This document shows positions 26,641 to 38,767 of a stretch of 62,000 nt of DNA, one piece after another (the first letter of the stretch is position 1; each line of letters opens with the position of its first letter). Both the position numbers and the translations under genes were made by a program. The notes beneath the pieces were generated by a model. That model saw only the letters and a list, made by a program, of their open reading frames with translations. It was not told where the DNA came from and made no database searches. The DNA comes from Octopus vulgaris. Taxonomy: Eukaryota. The stretch is taken from contig OX597826.1 of assembly GCA_951406725.2 (NCBI GenBank), positions 60,036,001 to 60,098,000 on the forward strand, given 5' to 3'.

Positions 26641-27039
26641 ACAAAATTGTTAAAACATGTAGAGTTTCAGTAAAATGTGATCTACTTACGCCGAAAGGAA
26701 ACAAATATCAAAGAGAGAAAGTGTTAGAGCTTTCCCCGCGTGTAGGAGCGGCTAGATTTTGCCTAGGTTTGGTTACAACATCCTCGCAGTTGCCACTTCT
26801 CATACAGTGTCCTTGTGCGCATAAGTATATCCTTTAGCACATTCTGGATGGGTTTCTTTAGAGATATACCCACCTCCCAAGGCAAAATAAGTTACTTATA
26901 TATACATACGCACATAAACACACACACACATACACACACACAAACACACATATACACACGCACACACATGCACACAGACTTGTGCGCACACTATGTATAT
27001 TTATATACACACACACACACACATACTGTGACCGTGTGT

Positions 27040-27232
27040 GTACCGTTGGCGATTTTTTTTCTCCGTCTTCCCTTTTCTAGATCTTTCCTTTTCCTATGTT
27101 TCTGACGAAGAGCTCCGCTCGAAACGTTAAACCCTTCCCTTCCTTCCTGAGCGTCCAATGATACTATATTTATTCCACGTCCTCACGTTGTTGTGTTTTC
27201 TCTTTGTGTTTTCATGTTTGGATTAACTTTAT
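27040..27232 (+). mobile_element. Penelope-like terminal remnant
   Basis: Pyrimidine-rich leader, ctgacgaagagctccgctcgaaacgtt signature and downstream ttcctgagcg; ends in (TA)n. Confidence 0.7.
27098..27132 (+). ncRNA. Minimal type I hammerhead ribozyme motif
   Basis: GUUU-CUGACGA-A-GAGC-UCC-GCUC-GAAA-CG-UU-AAAC: intact CUGANGA and GAAA cores, 4-bp stems I and II, loopless palindromic stem III. Confidence 0.7.
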
Positions 27233-27406
27233 ATATATATATACATACACACAGGCACATGCAAATGGCTTCCACATAATTTCAGCTTTCTACGACACGT
27301 GAAATACGTAAACATCCAAGGATGACTGGACGTAGTTCATGAAATACTAGACACGGTAGCCAGTCACTCTCAAGTCACAATTTGCCGTCTTAAAATGTGA
27401 TTATTG

Positions 27407-27567
27407 AAAAGGAAACTAAACAATATTCGTCATACTGGTAACTTTCTATAGAATTGAGATTGAACAAACCTATGAACAAATTCGTTTCATCCGTTATGAT
27501 ACCATTTTCTATCGTAATACTATGATGAAGACAGTATATCTGTCTTATACAATATTTTCTTCTTAAA
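27407..27567 (+). repeat. 161-bp direct repeat, copy 2
   Basis: Matches 24466-24626. Confidence 0.95.
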
Positions 27568-28789
27568 TAAATTATTGTGTGATATGTAGAATATCCATCT
27601 ATTATAATTGCTGGGTGAGTAATAGCGTTAGGTTCTGTAGTTTAGCCTGCAAAATTACTATGTCATCTAACGCGCCATATTTATCAATTTTCGTTAAATT
27701 TAATATCGTTAATACTTAAACATTGAATCAACTGTATGCACTTGTAAATTTTGACCAATGATAAAGAAGGACATGGATTATTGTTAATTGAATGTCATTG
27801 CTCCCAATTCTACAAATATCGCTCTAAAACCATAATATCGTTAACGATATACTAACGTACAATTCGCCATGCTACTATTATCTAACGTAATATTTCATTG
27901 AAACAGTATGTTTTCAATTTGAAAAGCAGGTAATCTAGAAACCTATATCCTCTTTATGTCCATCTAAATTTTCTTCTTTGTCGAACTATCATTTTGCTTC
28001 CACTGTAAAACCCAAGCGGAATGAAGTTATCTAAATTCTTTTGTTTTAATTAGGACTGCAGTTAACATTAAACACAGCATTTAAATAGTTTTAGATAACG
28101 CTTCAATAAAAAAAATGGCGATTTCTCGCTTCGTTGCGTACTTTGCTAATTAATGTCACATCCGCTATTTTATTTTTAATTTAAAATTTATTCCCTGGAG
28201 ACAAAATGTTATGATACAAAACAAGTAAAAAATACTAATTTATTCGACCACATTGAACTACCTTCATCAATTAATTATTGCTTCTCATTTCTCTTCGGCT
28301 GGATTGCATTTGAATAAATGTTCCTGTGTTGCTTTAAATATTATGTTTCTTTTTTTCAAATATAGAATATTTGGTTATTGTTTGTGTTTCGTATTTGCTA
28401 TTTCTTCTTTTCTCTAATACTGAGTAACTGGTTTTAAGACATTGCAGAATTTATTAAGGCTATCATTTCAAAATCTGCAGCAAATGTTTAAATTCACAAA
28501 TACGGAAAATGATCAACAAACTTAAAATATTATAATCATTTTTTTTTAAACTTTAAAGCGTGTTCTGTATTTCTTCTCTCTCTTGATTTTCTTCAAATTC
28601 ATTTTAGTAAAACAGACCTCTCGGCAAGAAAATGTTTTGAACTAATAGTTTGGTAAAACTATCGAGGTTATTGATTAATTTATCGGTGAAAACAGAGAAC
28701 TAGTGCCACGCATTTGTTTCCCTGACTTGTTACAATGACAATACAACAAAACATTAATAGGTTTCGGTTTAAAATAAATATTAACATTC

Positions 28790-29012
28790 CTATATTCTTT
28801 TACTTGTTTCAGTCATATGATTGCGGACAAACTGGAGCATCACCTTTAGTCGAGCAAAACGACTCAAGACTTATTTTTTGTAAGCCTAGTACTTATTCTA
28901 TCGTACTCTTTTGCCGAAACGCTAAGTTACGGGGACGTAAACACACCAGCATCTGTTATCAAGCGATGTTTGGGGTGAGGGGACAAACACAGACACACAA
29001 ACGTATACAGAT
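28790..29012 (-). mobile_element. SINE family B 3' half, cut by Tc1 at its internal microsatellite
   Basis: Reverse complement of the family B tail up to ...gatatat, then the Tc1 TIR. Confidence 0.85.
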
Positions 29013-29634
29013 ATATAAAGGGGTTGAACAAAATAATGGAAACACCTAGCATCATAACCGTTAAAAGCTTTTTATTTTAATGTTTTTGATTTATTATTTG
29101 TGTTGCTTAATATGTTTTGATAATATTGCTGTTTCTTTTCAGATAACATTAGAAAAAGGTAATTAAAATTCATTAAAATGACAGATCTATCATACTTTCA
29201 AAGAAGTCAAATCGTTGGTGCTCGTATGGCAGGCACTAGCGTAAAGAAAACAGCTGAAAATGTTTGGTGTATCAAGAAGTACTGTCTCAAAAGTAATGAC
29301 AGTCTTTGAGGAAGAGGTAAAAAAAAACCTCCTCGTCAAGGCAAAACTCCGGAAGTAAACCAAAATTTCAGATAGGGACCGTCGGACTCTTACACGAATT
29401 GTTAGAAAGAATCACAAAAGTATAGCTCCCAAAATTAATGCAGAGCTTAATGACCACCTCGAGAACCTTGTTTCCCCAAAAAATGTTCACCGGGAGCTGC
29501 ACAAAATCGGATTTCATGGGAGTTCTGCAATCAGAAAACCACTACTTTAAAAAACAAACGTTGCAAAGCGTTCAGAGTGGAGTAACATCTTATATAATTG
29601 GTCCCTAGAGTAGTGGAAGGATGTTATTTTCTCG
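29013..29634 (+). pseudogene. Tc1-family transposon, 5' half (left TIR and transposase N-terminus)
   Basis: ta-aaggggttgaacaaaataatggaaacacc TIR. MTDLSYFQRSQIVGARMAGTSVKKTAE/MFGVSRSTVSKV.../DRDRRTLTRIVRKNHK...HRELHKIGFHGSSAIRKPLL*...WKDVIFS, with frameshifts and stops; truncated just before the first catalytic Asp. Confidence 0.92.
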
Positions 29635-29644
29635 TTACGAGTCA

Positions 29645-29860
29645 TTTATGTGTGTCTTTGTACCTGTGTTTCTCCTCCTACCACCGCTTGATAACAGATG
29701 TTGTTGTGTTTACATCAGTCTTGATCACAGACACCGATAGAATAAGTACTATTCTTACAGGGAATAAGTCCTGGGGCCGATTTCTTCGACTGAAAACCGC
29801 TTTAAGGTGATGCTCCAGGATCATAGTAGTCAAATGATTGAAATAAAAGAATAAAAAATC
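29645..29860 (+). mobile_element. SINE family B 3' half
   Basis: ccaccgcttgataacagatgttg...ccgatagaataagtact...gaataagtcctggggccgattt...gtcaaatgattgaaa. Confidence 0.8.
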
Positions 29861-29877
29861 TATGTATATATATATAT

Positions 29878-29912
<35 letters not shown>

Positions 29913-30320
29913 CATACATATATGTGTTTGAAAATAATTCACTATTTATAAGGTACTTATAAATTATTTATTAATTGGAAATTTTATATCAAAATATTTG
30001 TGTTTGTTTTTTCAAGAATTAATAAATAATTTATAAGTCTTTTAAAATAGGGAGTTACTTTACAATCACCTACTATATGAAAACACACATACATATACAC
30101 ACGTATGTCTATATACATTCAAACACAGGGCTTCCAACCACACACAAGTGCGTATCTATGGCTGTGTTATGTATGTTTATATCCTCTTTCCGAGTGATGC
30201 ATATGACAGTACAAATCCCGAGCTAGAATAGTCCCTTACAAGAGTCGCAAACACTTCCTTGTTTCTCTCCTCTAGAAATGCAGTCTAAGAGTAATTAGTC
30301 TATTTGAAATTTGTAACCAT

Positions 30321-30739
30321 AGGCATAGGAGTGGCTGAGTGGTAAGTAGCTTGTGTACGAAACAGATAGTTCCGGGTTCAGTTCCACTATGTGACACCTT
30401 GGGCAAGTGTCTTCTACTATAGCCTCGGGCCAACCAAAGCCTTGTGAGTGCATTTGGTAGACAGAAACTGAAAGAAGCCCGACGTATATATGTATATATA
30501 TATTTATATATATATGTATATGTGTGTGTGTGTGTGTGTTTGTGTGTGTGTGTCTGTGTTTGTGTGTCTGTGTTTGTCCCCCAACATAGATTGACAACCG
30601 ATGCTGGTGTGTTTACGTAACTTAGCGGTTTAGCAAAAGAGACCGATAGAATAAGTACTAGGGATCGATTTGTTCGACTAAAGGCGATGCTCCAGCATGG
30701 CCGCAGTCAAATGACGGAAACATGTAAAAGAGTAAAAGA
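30321..30739 (+). mobile_element. Full-length SINE family B with 8-bp target-site duplication
   Basis: gtaaccat at 30313-30320 and 30740-30747 flanks a head-to-tail copy. Confidence 0.92.
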
Positions 30740-30949
30740 GTAACCATCGATATCATCATTTATCTTATTGCTAGTACGAAGTTTTATTCATTTTTAAGTT
30801 TCGTAATCACTTTTCTAAACATTCATTTTACTTAACCGAAAGCAATAACAATGAAAAGGGGATCGGTATAAATGTGAAACGATTTATCAGTAAGAAATAT
30901 CAGAGAGAGGCGCAGACGATCAAAATTAATATTACGTTGTTGATAATGC

Positions 30950-31150
30950 TGGGAGCTTGCAGAATCGTTAACATGCCGGGCAAAATACTTAATAGTCCTT
31001 CACGTTTTGGGTTCAAATTCTACCGTGATCGACTTTTCCTTTCATCCTTTCGGTGTCGATTAAGATATGTACCAGATGAAGACTGAAGTCAACCTAAACG
31101 ACTATACCCCTCTCTAACAATTGCTGGCCGTATGCCAAAATTTTCAAATT
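30950..31150 (+). mobile_element. Diverged SINE family A
   Basis: gggagcttgcagaatcgttaacatgccgggcaaaatacttaa...gggttcaaattctacc...ctttcatcctttcggtgtcgat...tatgccaaaatttt. Confidence 0.8.
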
Positions 31151-31546
31151 AATAATTTATTGTAGATCTGATGGTCAGTTCAGTGCAGCTTGACTAAATC
31201 TATCAAGAAACGTATTCCACCCGTAAGCAACGAGATTGTTTCTGTACAAGATAATATTGTCAAGTTTATATGCGACTCTATGATGTCCGGCGACTGATTT
31301 GTAGATTTGGTTAACAAATCCCACGTGCCAATAAGTATTGCTGTGTCATTTATTTATTTATTAGTGGGGGAAATTATTAAAATAGGTTACCTCTATATAT
31401 TAATTCCTTAACGTGTTTCACCCATGCTTCGTTTTGCTTAACTATATTCTAGTCTGTGTATCAACAAAGAAACCCGACAAAATGTATTTTTTTCTGACAG
31501 ATTATCTAAGCCTTTCTGATGCAATACCTTTTCCATTATTTTGCAG

Positions 31547-31595
31547 GTCGGGTGTAGGTCCGGGTGATATTAAATTAGAATTGTGGGATTTCTAA
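31547..31595 (+). CDS. Candidate terminal coding exon (SGVGPGDIKLELWDF*), product unidentified
   Basis: Strong acceptor ccttttccattattttgcag, locally higher GC, longest frame ends in TAA, aataaa at about 32171. Confidence 0.35.
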
Positions 31596-32392
31596 AAGGA
31601 GAAACAAAGATTTGAACGCTCCATTATTGCTTAGAAACGGCAAGAAATGTTGAATTTGAAACAGCTAACTACTCACTTAAACAATACTATTTGCTGTTAC
31701 AAATCGTTTTTCCACGTGACATCAATTTTGTTTTATTGAGAGAAAAAAAAGAGATACGGTTAAACAAGAGTAAGAGAAATAGATACAGATGTAAAATTGT
31801 AAATTTTAGCAATATGAAACAAATGAAGCCATTTTATTAACTTTGATGGGAAATTAGCAAATATATTCTCATATTTTATCTACATTTTCTCAAATCTATG
31901 CAATCAATTCAAGTAAGTGGAAGAGAAAAAAAAAGCAAATGATTTGCTATCTCAACAAACACATTTTAACGTTGGTTTTAGCCTTCGGCAAATCGTCACT
32001 TTCCTCTAAGATCTCTTCAAGCGAGAAAAATATTGACGAATTTTTCAAAATTTCGTTCGTTTCTAAATCCACCACGAAACTGAAATACTAGAAGAGGAGA
32101 GATTACAGGGCATCACAAATTATTTCTCAGGTTTGATTCTTGTTGGTTAAAGGATATTAGACTATTAAGAAATAAATTGCATACATACAAATTTAAGTCT
32201 ATATATGTGAACGGATATATAACGACACTTCAGCTTGCTTTTCTTTCTCCATTCTATAAATATAAAGTTGATTCGAAATTGAAAATTTTCAGAAATTGAA
32301 ACTGGAAAGAAAGTTAAAACAGTTAGAAGCAAACATCTTACGTTAAATTATAAAATTGACATTCCGTCTGAATAGTTTCGGTTATATATAAG

Positions 32393-32455
<63 letters not shown>

Positions 32456-32492
32456 GCGTGTGTGTGTGTATGCGCATATACATATGTATATA

Positions 32493-32534
<42 letters not shown>

Positions 32535-32603
32535 TTATATACATAGATATACTTAAAATATATATTCATATATACACACATATATACAAACACACACACA
32601 CAA

Positions 32604-32636
<33 letters not shown>

Positions 32637-32939
32637 TATACATACACACAGACACACATATATATGTACGTATGTATGTATGTATATATATATGTGTGTG
32701 TGTGTGTGTATGTGTATGTATATGTGTGTGTGTATATAGATATGTGTGTATGTGTCTGTGTATGTGTGTGTGTGTGCTTTGTTTTTCGGGGGTATTCTTG
32801 AAATAGAAATAGTAATGATTGCCAACGTATTGAGAAGTTTACATAGATACATAAGTAAGTGCACTATTCGAAAGCGAATATACAGATAAGTATATGGACT
32901 CAGACACTTACACATACATACAAACGTCAAATAAACATG

Positions 32940-32971
32940 ATAATAATAATAGTAATTATAATCATACTACA

Positions 32972-33028
<57 letters not shown>

Positions 33029-33029
33029 G

Positions 33030-33126
<97 letters not shown>

Positions 33127-33140
33127 TAATAATAATAGTA
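32940..33140. repeat. (ACT)n followed by (AAT)n
   Basis: Seen directly. Confidence 0.97.
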
Positions 33141-33257
33141 AAACAAAATTGGAGAATTCATCGGTGTATATAAATACCGAAATAAGTTTATATTTTTTTG
33201 TATCCGAATGCTAATGTATCTCTAGTGGTATGTATGGAAATCGAAACTTTTATGTGC

Positions 33258-33308
<51 letters not shown>

Positions 33309-34799
33309 TACATACATGTATACATACATGTACTTATTTACATGCAATTCTATTCTGTATGTGTATGTTCATATTTGCATACAAATACACACACACATAC
33401 ACACACACACACACTCACACACACAGAAACACATAGACATGCATAAATACGCGGACATGTACATCTGTCCGTATGTATACAGATATAACGCCACGCACAC
33501 TCACACACACACACACACACAAACGCACACAACTAAGAAATTCACACAGGATATGTAATGCAAAGACAAAAAATTAGCCAAGCAAATTAAATTAAAATCC
33601 CCATCACATAAGGAGATAGCGTCCCGTATCAAATAACGTAGCTACTTCCATTTTGTTTCTTAGCGTTGATTTTTATTTATTTCTATTTTGGAGAAAACAA
33701 ATATTCGTAGAGTGTTTATTTAAGTTTCACTTAACAAAAATGGCAGTCTTCGGCACGCACAATAATTCCTATAAAACTATCACGCCTAGTTAGTTTTACC
33801 ATTAAAGAAAATCACATAATTCGTGTTTATCTACTGCCGTTGATAGAAATAAACACACACCGATACTATTTATTTGTATATTATCGTTTTTATTTTATTT
33901 ATTGGTTTGTACTCTCAGATTTTACCTTGTTTCTTGTCTTATTCCATTTGTACATTCTTCTCTAAATTACCATTTGTGTTCATTTCATATATACTTCATT
34001 TAGAAAGATATTTCCATCAAAATTCTCATTTTATATTTTCAACAGGATTTGTTTAAACACAAACAGTAAAATACATTTTTGATTGTGTCATTAGGAAATG
34101 TGCACGCAGGCTTACACACACACACAAACGCACACACAAACACACAAACACACATACACACACACATGTATATATACAAACAAGCATGTATGTGTGTGTG
34201 TGTATGTTCGTAAATTTATCAGTACGTCAATATCTGTGAATAAACATTCTGTGTCATCAAACTTTGAATGTACCTCATATATCACTTTCTCTATTATTCC
34301 TGCTACTTCTCTCTCTGTTTCTATGTCTCTCTGTCGCTCCCGCCCTCTCTCTCATTACCTTCGTCTGTCTAGCTCTGTGTCTGTCTGCTCTCTCTCTCTC
34401 TCTCTCTCTCTGTACCTTCGTCTCTCTTTCTCTGTCTCTCTACTCTATATATATGTGTATGTGTTTGTGTGTATGCTTGTGCGTGCGTGTGTTTGTGCGA
34501 GCAGTCATGTATGTGAGCACGTGTGTGTGGATGTGTGGGGAGGGGGGTCTAGTGTTCAGGTTGTTCGAATCACGAAGGATATGGTTTGAGTTCGATTCCA
34601 GGCTAGAGCGTACGTTTTTGGTTAGTAAACATCATTTGGTTTGTGCACGTCTTTTCACGTTTTTTCAATCTCTTCATCCCAAAAAGATTATCAGTAATAT
34701 GTCCGTGAAAATTCATTTCACTCACTCTTTCTCTATATATATGTCTCTGTCTCTGTCTGTACCTTTTTCTGTCTCTGTCTCCCGATAGTTGTCACAATC

Positions 34800-35162
34800 T
34801 GGAGATGCCATTGTTTCAAAAGGTCGGTTATGGGTTCCGTCACACTTCATGACACCTTTGGCAAGTCTCTCCCACTTTGACATTGGGCCGACCAAAACCT
34901 CGTGAGTGGATTTAGTAGACGAAAACTGAAAGAAGCCCGTCGTGTATATGTGTGTGTGTGTCCATGTTTGTCTCCGAACATCGCTTGACAACCGATGTTG
35001 GTATGTTTAAATCCACGTAACTTAGCGGTTTGGCAAAAAGAATAGAATAAATACTAAGCTCTAAAATATAAGCCCTGCGGCCGATTGGTTCCGCTAAAAG
35101 CATTCAAGGCTGTGCTCAAGCATTGCCGTAGTCATATGACTGAAACAAATTATAAAGTAAAA
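34800..35162 (+). mobile_element. Diverged SINE family B
   Basis: tttggcaagtctctccc...cctcgtgagtggatttagtagacgaaaactgaaagaagcccgtcg...cttagcggtttggcaaaaag...gactgaaacaaa. Confidence 0.8.
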
Positions 35163-35186
35163 GATATATATATATATGCATATATA

Positions 35187-35710
35187 TAATACACATATGA
35201 GAGAGAATCCACTAAAGTGGACGCCCTTACGCTAAAGAGAGATCCACATGAGTCGCAACCACTAAAAATTGTTCTCATTTGAATATAACTATGAATATAA
35301 TAGGCCGTACTGCTCGTATTTTTGACCTCGTGTTAATATATGGCGTGCAGTTCGACAAATTATATTTTTGACGGACTCCACTGATGACCTGCAAATTAAT
35401 TGTGTAAGTAAAATTGCATAATTTATTAACAGTGAAACAATAGTAAGGGGATTAACCTATATTTTTGTTATTTATCATTTATCCAGCTCGCTTACGTTCA
35501 TAGTGTGCTAAGTTTTTCTTAAGAACAAGTTTTAGTGGTTGAGACTCATGCGGATCTCTCTTTAGCGTAAGGGCGTCCACTTTAGTGGATTCTCTCTCAT
35601 ATGTGTATTAATAATATTTACTGAATCTCAGTTTTTTATGCGCTAAACCACTGGTGTTAAATTGATGTTATTAAATTAATATCCAATTTTTTCATCCTCA
35701 TTTTGATTAT
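35187..35710 (+). mobile_element. Inverted-repeat/tail family, copy 3 (89-bp arms, 246-bp spacer, tail)
   Basis: Arms at 35187-35275 and 35522-35610 differ at 3 positions; tail at about 35611-35710; (TA)n on both sides. Confidence 0.92.
35376..35450 (+). ncRNA. Type I hammerhead-like motif with extended stem II, in the spacer of copy 3
   Basis: CUGAUGA 35381-87; CUG/CAG basal pairs; 10-bp hairpin aattgtgtaa/ttgcataatt; GAAAC-AAUA-GUA 35434-45; stem I cucca/agggg. Mismatches at the base of stems I and II. Confidence 0.55.
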
Positions 35711-35889
35711 ATATATATATATATATATATATAACTTATAAATTAGGGCTAAAGAAAATTATTTCAATGCCAATATATATATGTATGTAGGTATGTATGT
35801 ATGTATGTATGTATGTATGTATGTATGTATGTATGTATGTATGTGTGTATGAGTTTATATCTGTGTGTATATATGTGTGTGTGTGTGTA

Positions 35890-36292
35890 TTCTTTCATTT
35901 TTTATTCTTTTACTTGTTTCAGTCATTTAACAGCGGCCATGTTGGAGCACCGTCTTTCGTCGAGCAGACCGGCCCCAGGACATATTATTTGCAAGCCTAG
36001 TAGTTATCCTAGCGGTTTCTTTCGCCGAACCGCTAAGCCACGGGAACGCAAAAACACGCATACAAGCAAGCGATGTTGGGGCGAGGGGAGAACACACATA
36101 AACATACTTACACACACACACACACATATACGACAGACGTTTTTCAGTTTCCGTCTACCAAAACTGCTCACAATGCTTTGGTCGGCTCGAGGCTGTAGTA
36201 CAAAAGCCTATCCAAAGGTACCACGCAGGGGCACTGAATCCGGAACCATATGGTTGGTAGGCAAGCTACTTACCACCCTGCTAATACTGTGC
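35890..36292 (-). mobile_element. Full-length diverged SINE family B
   Basis: Reverse complement of the head (ggtaagtagcttgcctaccaaccatatggttccggattcagtgcccctgcgtgg) through to the tail. Confidence 0.85.
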
Positions 36293-36297
36293 CTATG

Positions 36298-36347
<50 letters not shown>

Positions 36348-36365
36348 TAGATAAATAGATAGATG

Positions 36366-36411
<46 letters not shown>

Positions 36412-37001
36412 CGCACATACATGAATGCATCCTGTTGGGGTCACGCGTGTGCGTGTGTGTAAATTTCGACTAAATTTCAGTTGTTTTCCTTTAATGTTAT
36501 ATAACACTTTTCAACGAAACACGAGAATGCAAAACCGTTTGCTAAAAAAATTGTGCAAATCAGTCAAGTAAGGAGAAACACGCGAGAAGAAAACTCGATT
36601 TCAATTTTCTATAACATTATGTAATTTGTCAAACGTATCAGAAATGCAGGTTGAATTCAGAATTTATGAAATATAATACTTTACAAATATAATACTTTAC
36701 AATTTCGTGATGCAATAATGACATAAGAATTGACAAATTTTTTATGAAAAAAATTTCGTTGTGTGTTGTGTAAGAGGAAATCATATGCTAGTACTGTAAC
36801 GCATATCTCTGCTGAATAATCCGATCCAGTACAAAGAAGAGACTAGCGGAGATTTGTATAGCGGTGTAAAGGTATCTTGGTCTATATATTTGTAAAGCGG
36901 AGTAAAGGTATCTGGGTTTTCAATTCATAATTTCAATGTGAAGTAAATCAGCTAAAAGACAGCAATTTTTAGGCCAAATTGGTTACATAGAACACAATCC
37001 T

Positions 37002-37373
37002 GACTGGCACTTTATATTATCGACGACGGCAGAATGGAAATAAAGTCGAGCTAGACATTTGGATTCAAAGCATAAAGTCGGAAAGAATGACACTAGGAGT
37101 TTAATCAGGTTTGCTAATAAAGACTCTGCCGGTTCGCCGCCTTAAAATACATTTTTAAACACTTTCAAATTTTGGTACAAGACTAGCAGGATCGGGGGAG
37201 GGAGAAAGTCGATTACATTTACTTCAATATTCCACTGGTACTTATTTTACCGACTTCAAAACGATGAAAGGCAAAGTCGACCCCGGTGGCATTTGAAATC
37301 ACAATGTGAAGATGGTCAAAATACCGCTAAGTATTCTGCTCCGCGTGCTAACGAGTCTGCTACTCGCCGCCTT
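37002..37373 (-). mobile_element. Two tandem diverged SINE family A copies
   Basis: Copies at about 37002-37143 and 37160-37373, each ending in cgccgcctt on the + strand. Confidence 0.75.
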
Positions 37374-38039
37374 ACGAATCAGTTATGTCATCATAATAAT
37401 TTCAACCGAGTGAATTTACTGCTTCTTTCACTTCCGTACATATATGCATTTTAATAAAAATTCATGATATTTAAAAAAAAAATAAAGAACGCAGTTTTTA
37501 AGCGTTAAAATTCCACATTTTGTTTGCATTCCAAACACCATCACAATGCATGTATATGTACGTATGCACATTTGTGTGTGTTTGTATGTGCGGTGGAGGG
37601 AGGCGTGCGTGTTTGTGTGTGCGTGTGTGTGTGTTTGTGTGTGTGTATGTGTGTGTAAGTATCTGTGGGTATGTGTGTGTGTGTGTATAAGTGCAGAGAA
37701 GCGAAGCCATAAGATTACGGTTGCTGATTTAGAATTCGCAAATATTACAGAATTGAAGCGAAGTTTCATTCTCTGTGAGGAACAATAGTAGATTTGCTTC
37801 TTTACACGTACTCGGTTCCATCAAAATACACTAGGGGTGTACATGGGATACACTTAAAGCGGGATTCAAGATGATTCAACGGTTAACACAAAATACATAC
37901 ACAAGTACGCACGCGCACTAGCATGCACACAGACACACACCTATATCATCACACACACACACACACATACACACACATATATATACGTGACATAGTATTT
38001 GAGACTTTGAGTATATATGAACATGCATTTATCCGTCTA

Positions 38040-38042
38040 TCC

Positions 38043-38128
<86 letters not shown>
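38040..38128. repeat. (TCTA)n tetranucleotide array
   Basis: Seen directly; similar arrays at about 23540-23635, 36350-36410, 48165-48240, 52600-52640 and 54378-54432. Confidence 0.97.
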
Positions 38129-38131
<3 letters not shown>

Positions 38132-38393
38132 CTTTTTTCATTTCTCTTTTCTTTTGTTCCTTTTCCTTTTCTTTTTTTTTCTTTTTATTCCTTTTATTTT
38201 TTTTGTTCTTTTCTTCCCTTTTACGATCCCTCTTGATCGAAAACCTACGCCACCCCTTTTTTTTCTTTTGTTTTTTTGTTTTTTTCATCCCCCAAAAGAA
38301 AAGCTCTACCTTGTAACTTGTCCCATCTGTGTGCAGCCCTGTGTGGCCAATAAAGAAACTTATCTATCAGTCTGTCTGTCTGTATGTCTGTCC

Positions 38394-38427
<34 letters not shown>

Positions 38428-38454
38428 ATGTCTGTCTGTTTGTCTATGTAAGCC

Positions 38455-38575
38455 ATAGTTCAGTTTTATTTCAAAATTTCTTGTAAATAAAGAACGAGCC
38501 GGTTTCTAACCTAGATCCAAGGTTCCTTCATTGGTACTTCAACATCTACAAATGGGTATTTTTGCATGTATGTAT
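38455..38575 (-). mobile_element. 3' UTR fragment of the R4/Dong-like LINE
   Basis: Reverse complement (aaaaatacccatttgtagatgttgaagtaccaatgaaggaaccttggatctaggttagaaaccggctc...ttgaaataaaac) matches about 61900-62000. Confidence 0.8.
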
Positions 38576-38693
38576 GAGTCTATGTGTGCCTGTATGTACG
38601 TATGCATGCATGTATGAATGTATATTTCACTCTCTCTCTCTCTCTCTCTGTATATATACACACACACACAGACACAGACACACAGACACACAG

Positions 38694-38762
<69 letters not shown>

Positions 38763-38767
38763 TTAAA

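Noticed and set aside
22085-26830. Strong minus-strand acceptor at 22260 and donor at 26690 as a 5' UTR exon pair
   Set aside because: No ATG or sustained ORF, and such signals occur by chance in AT-rich DNA; needs transcript data.
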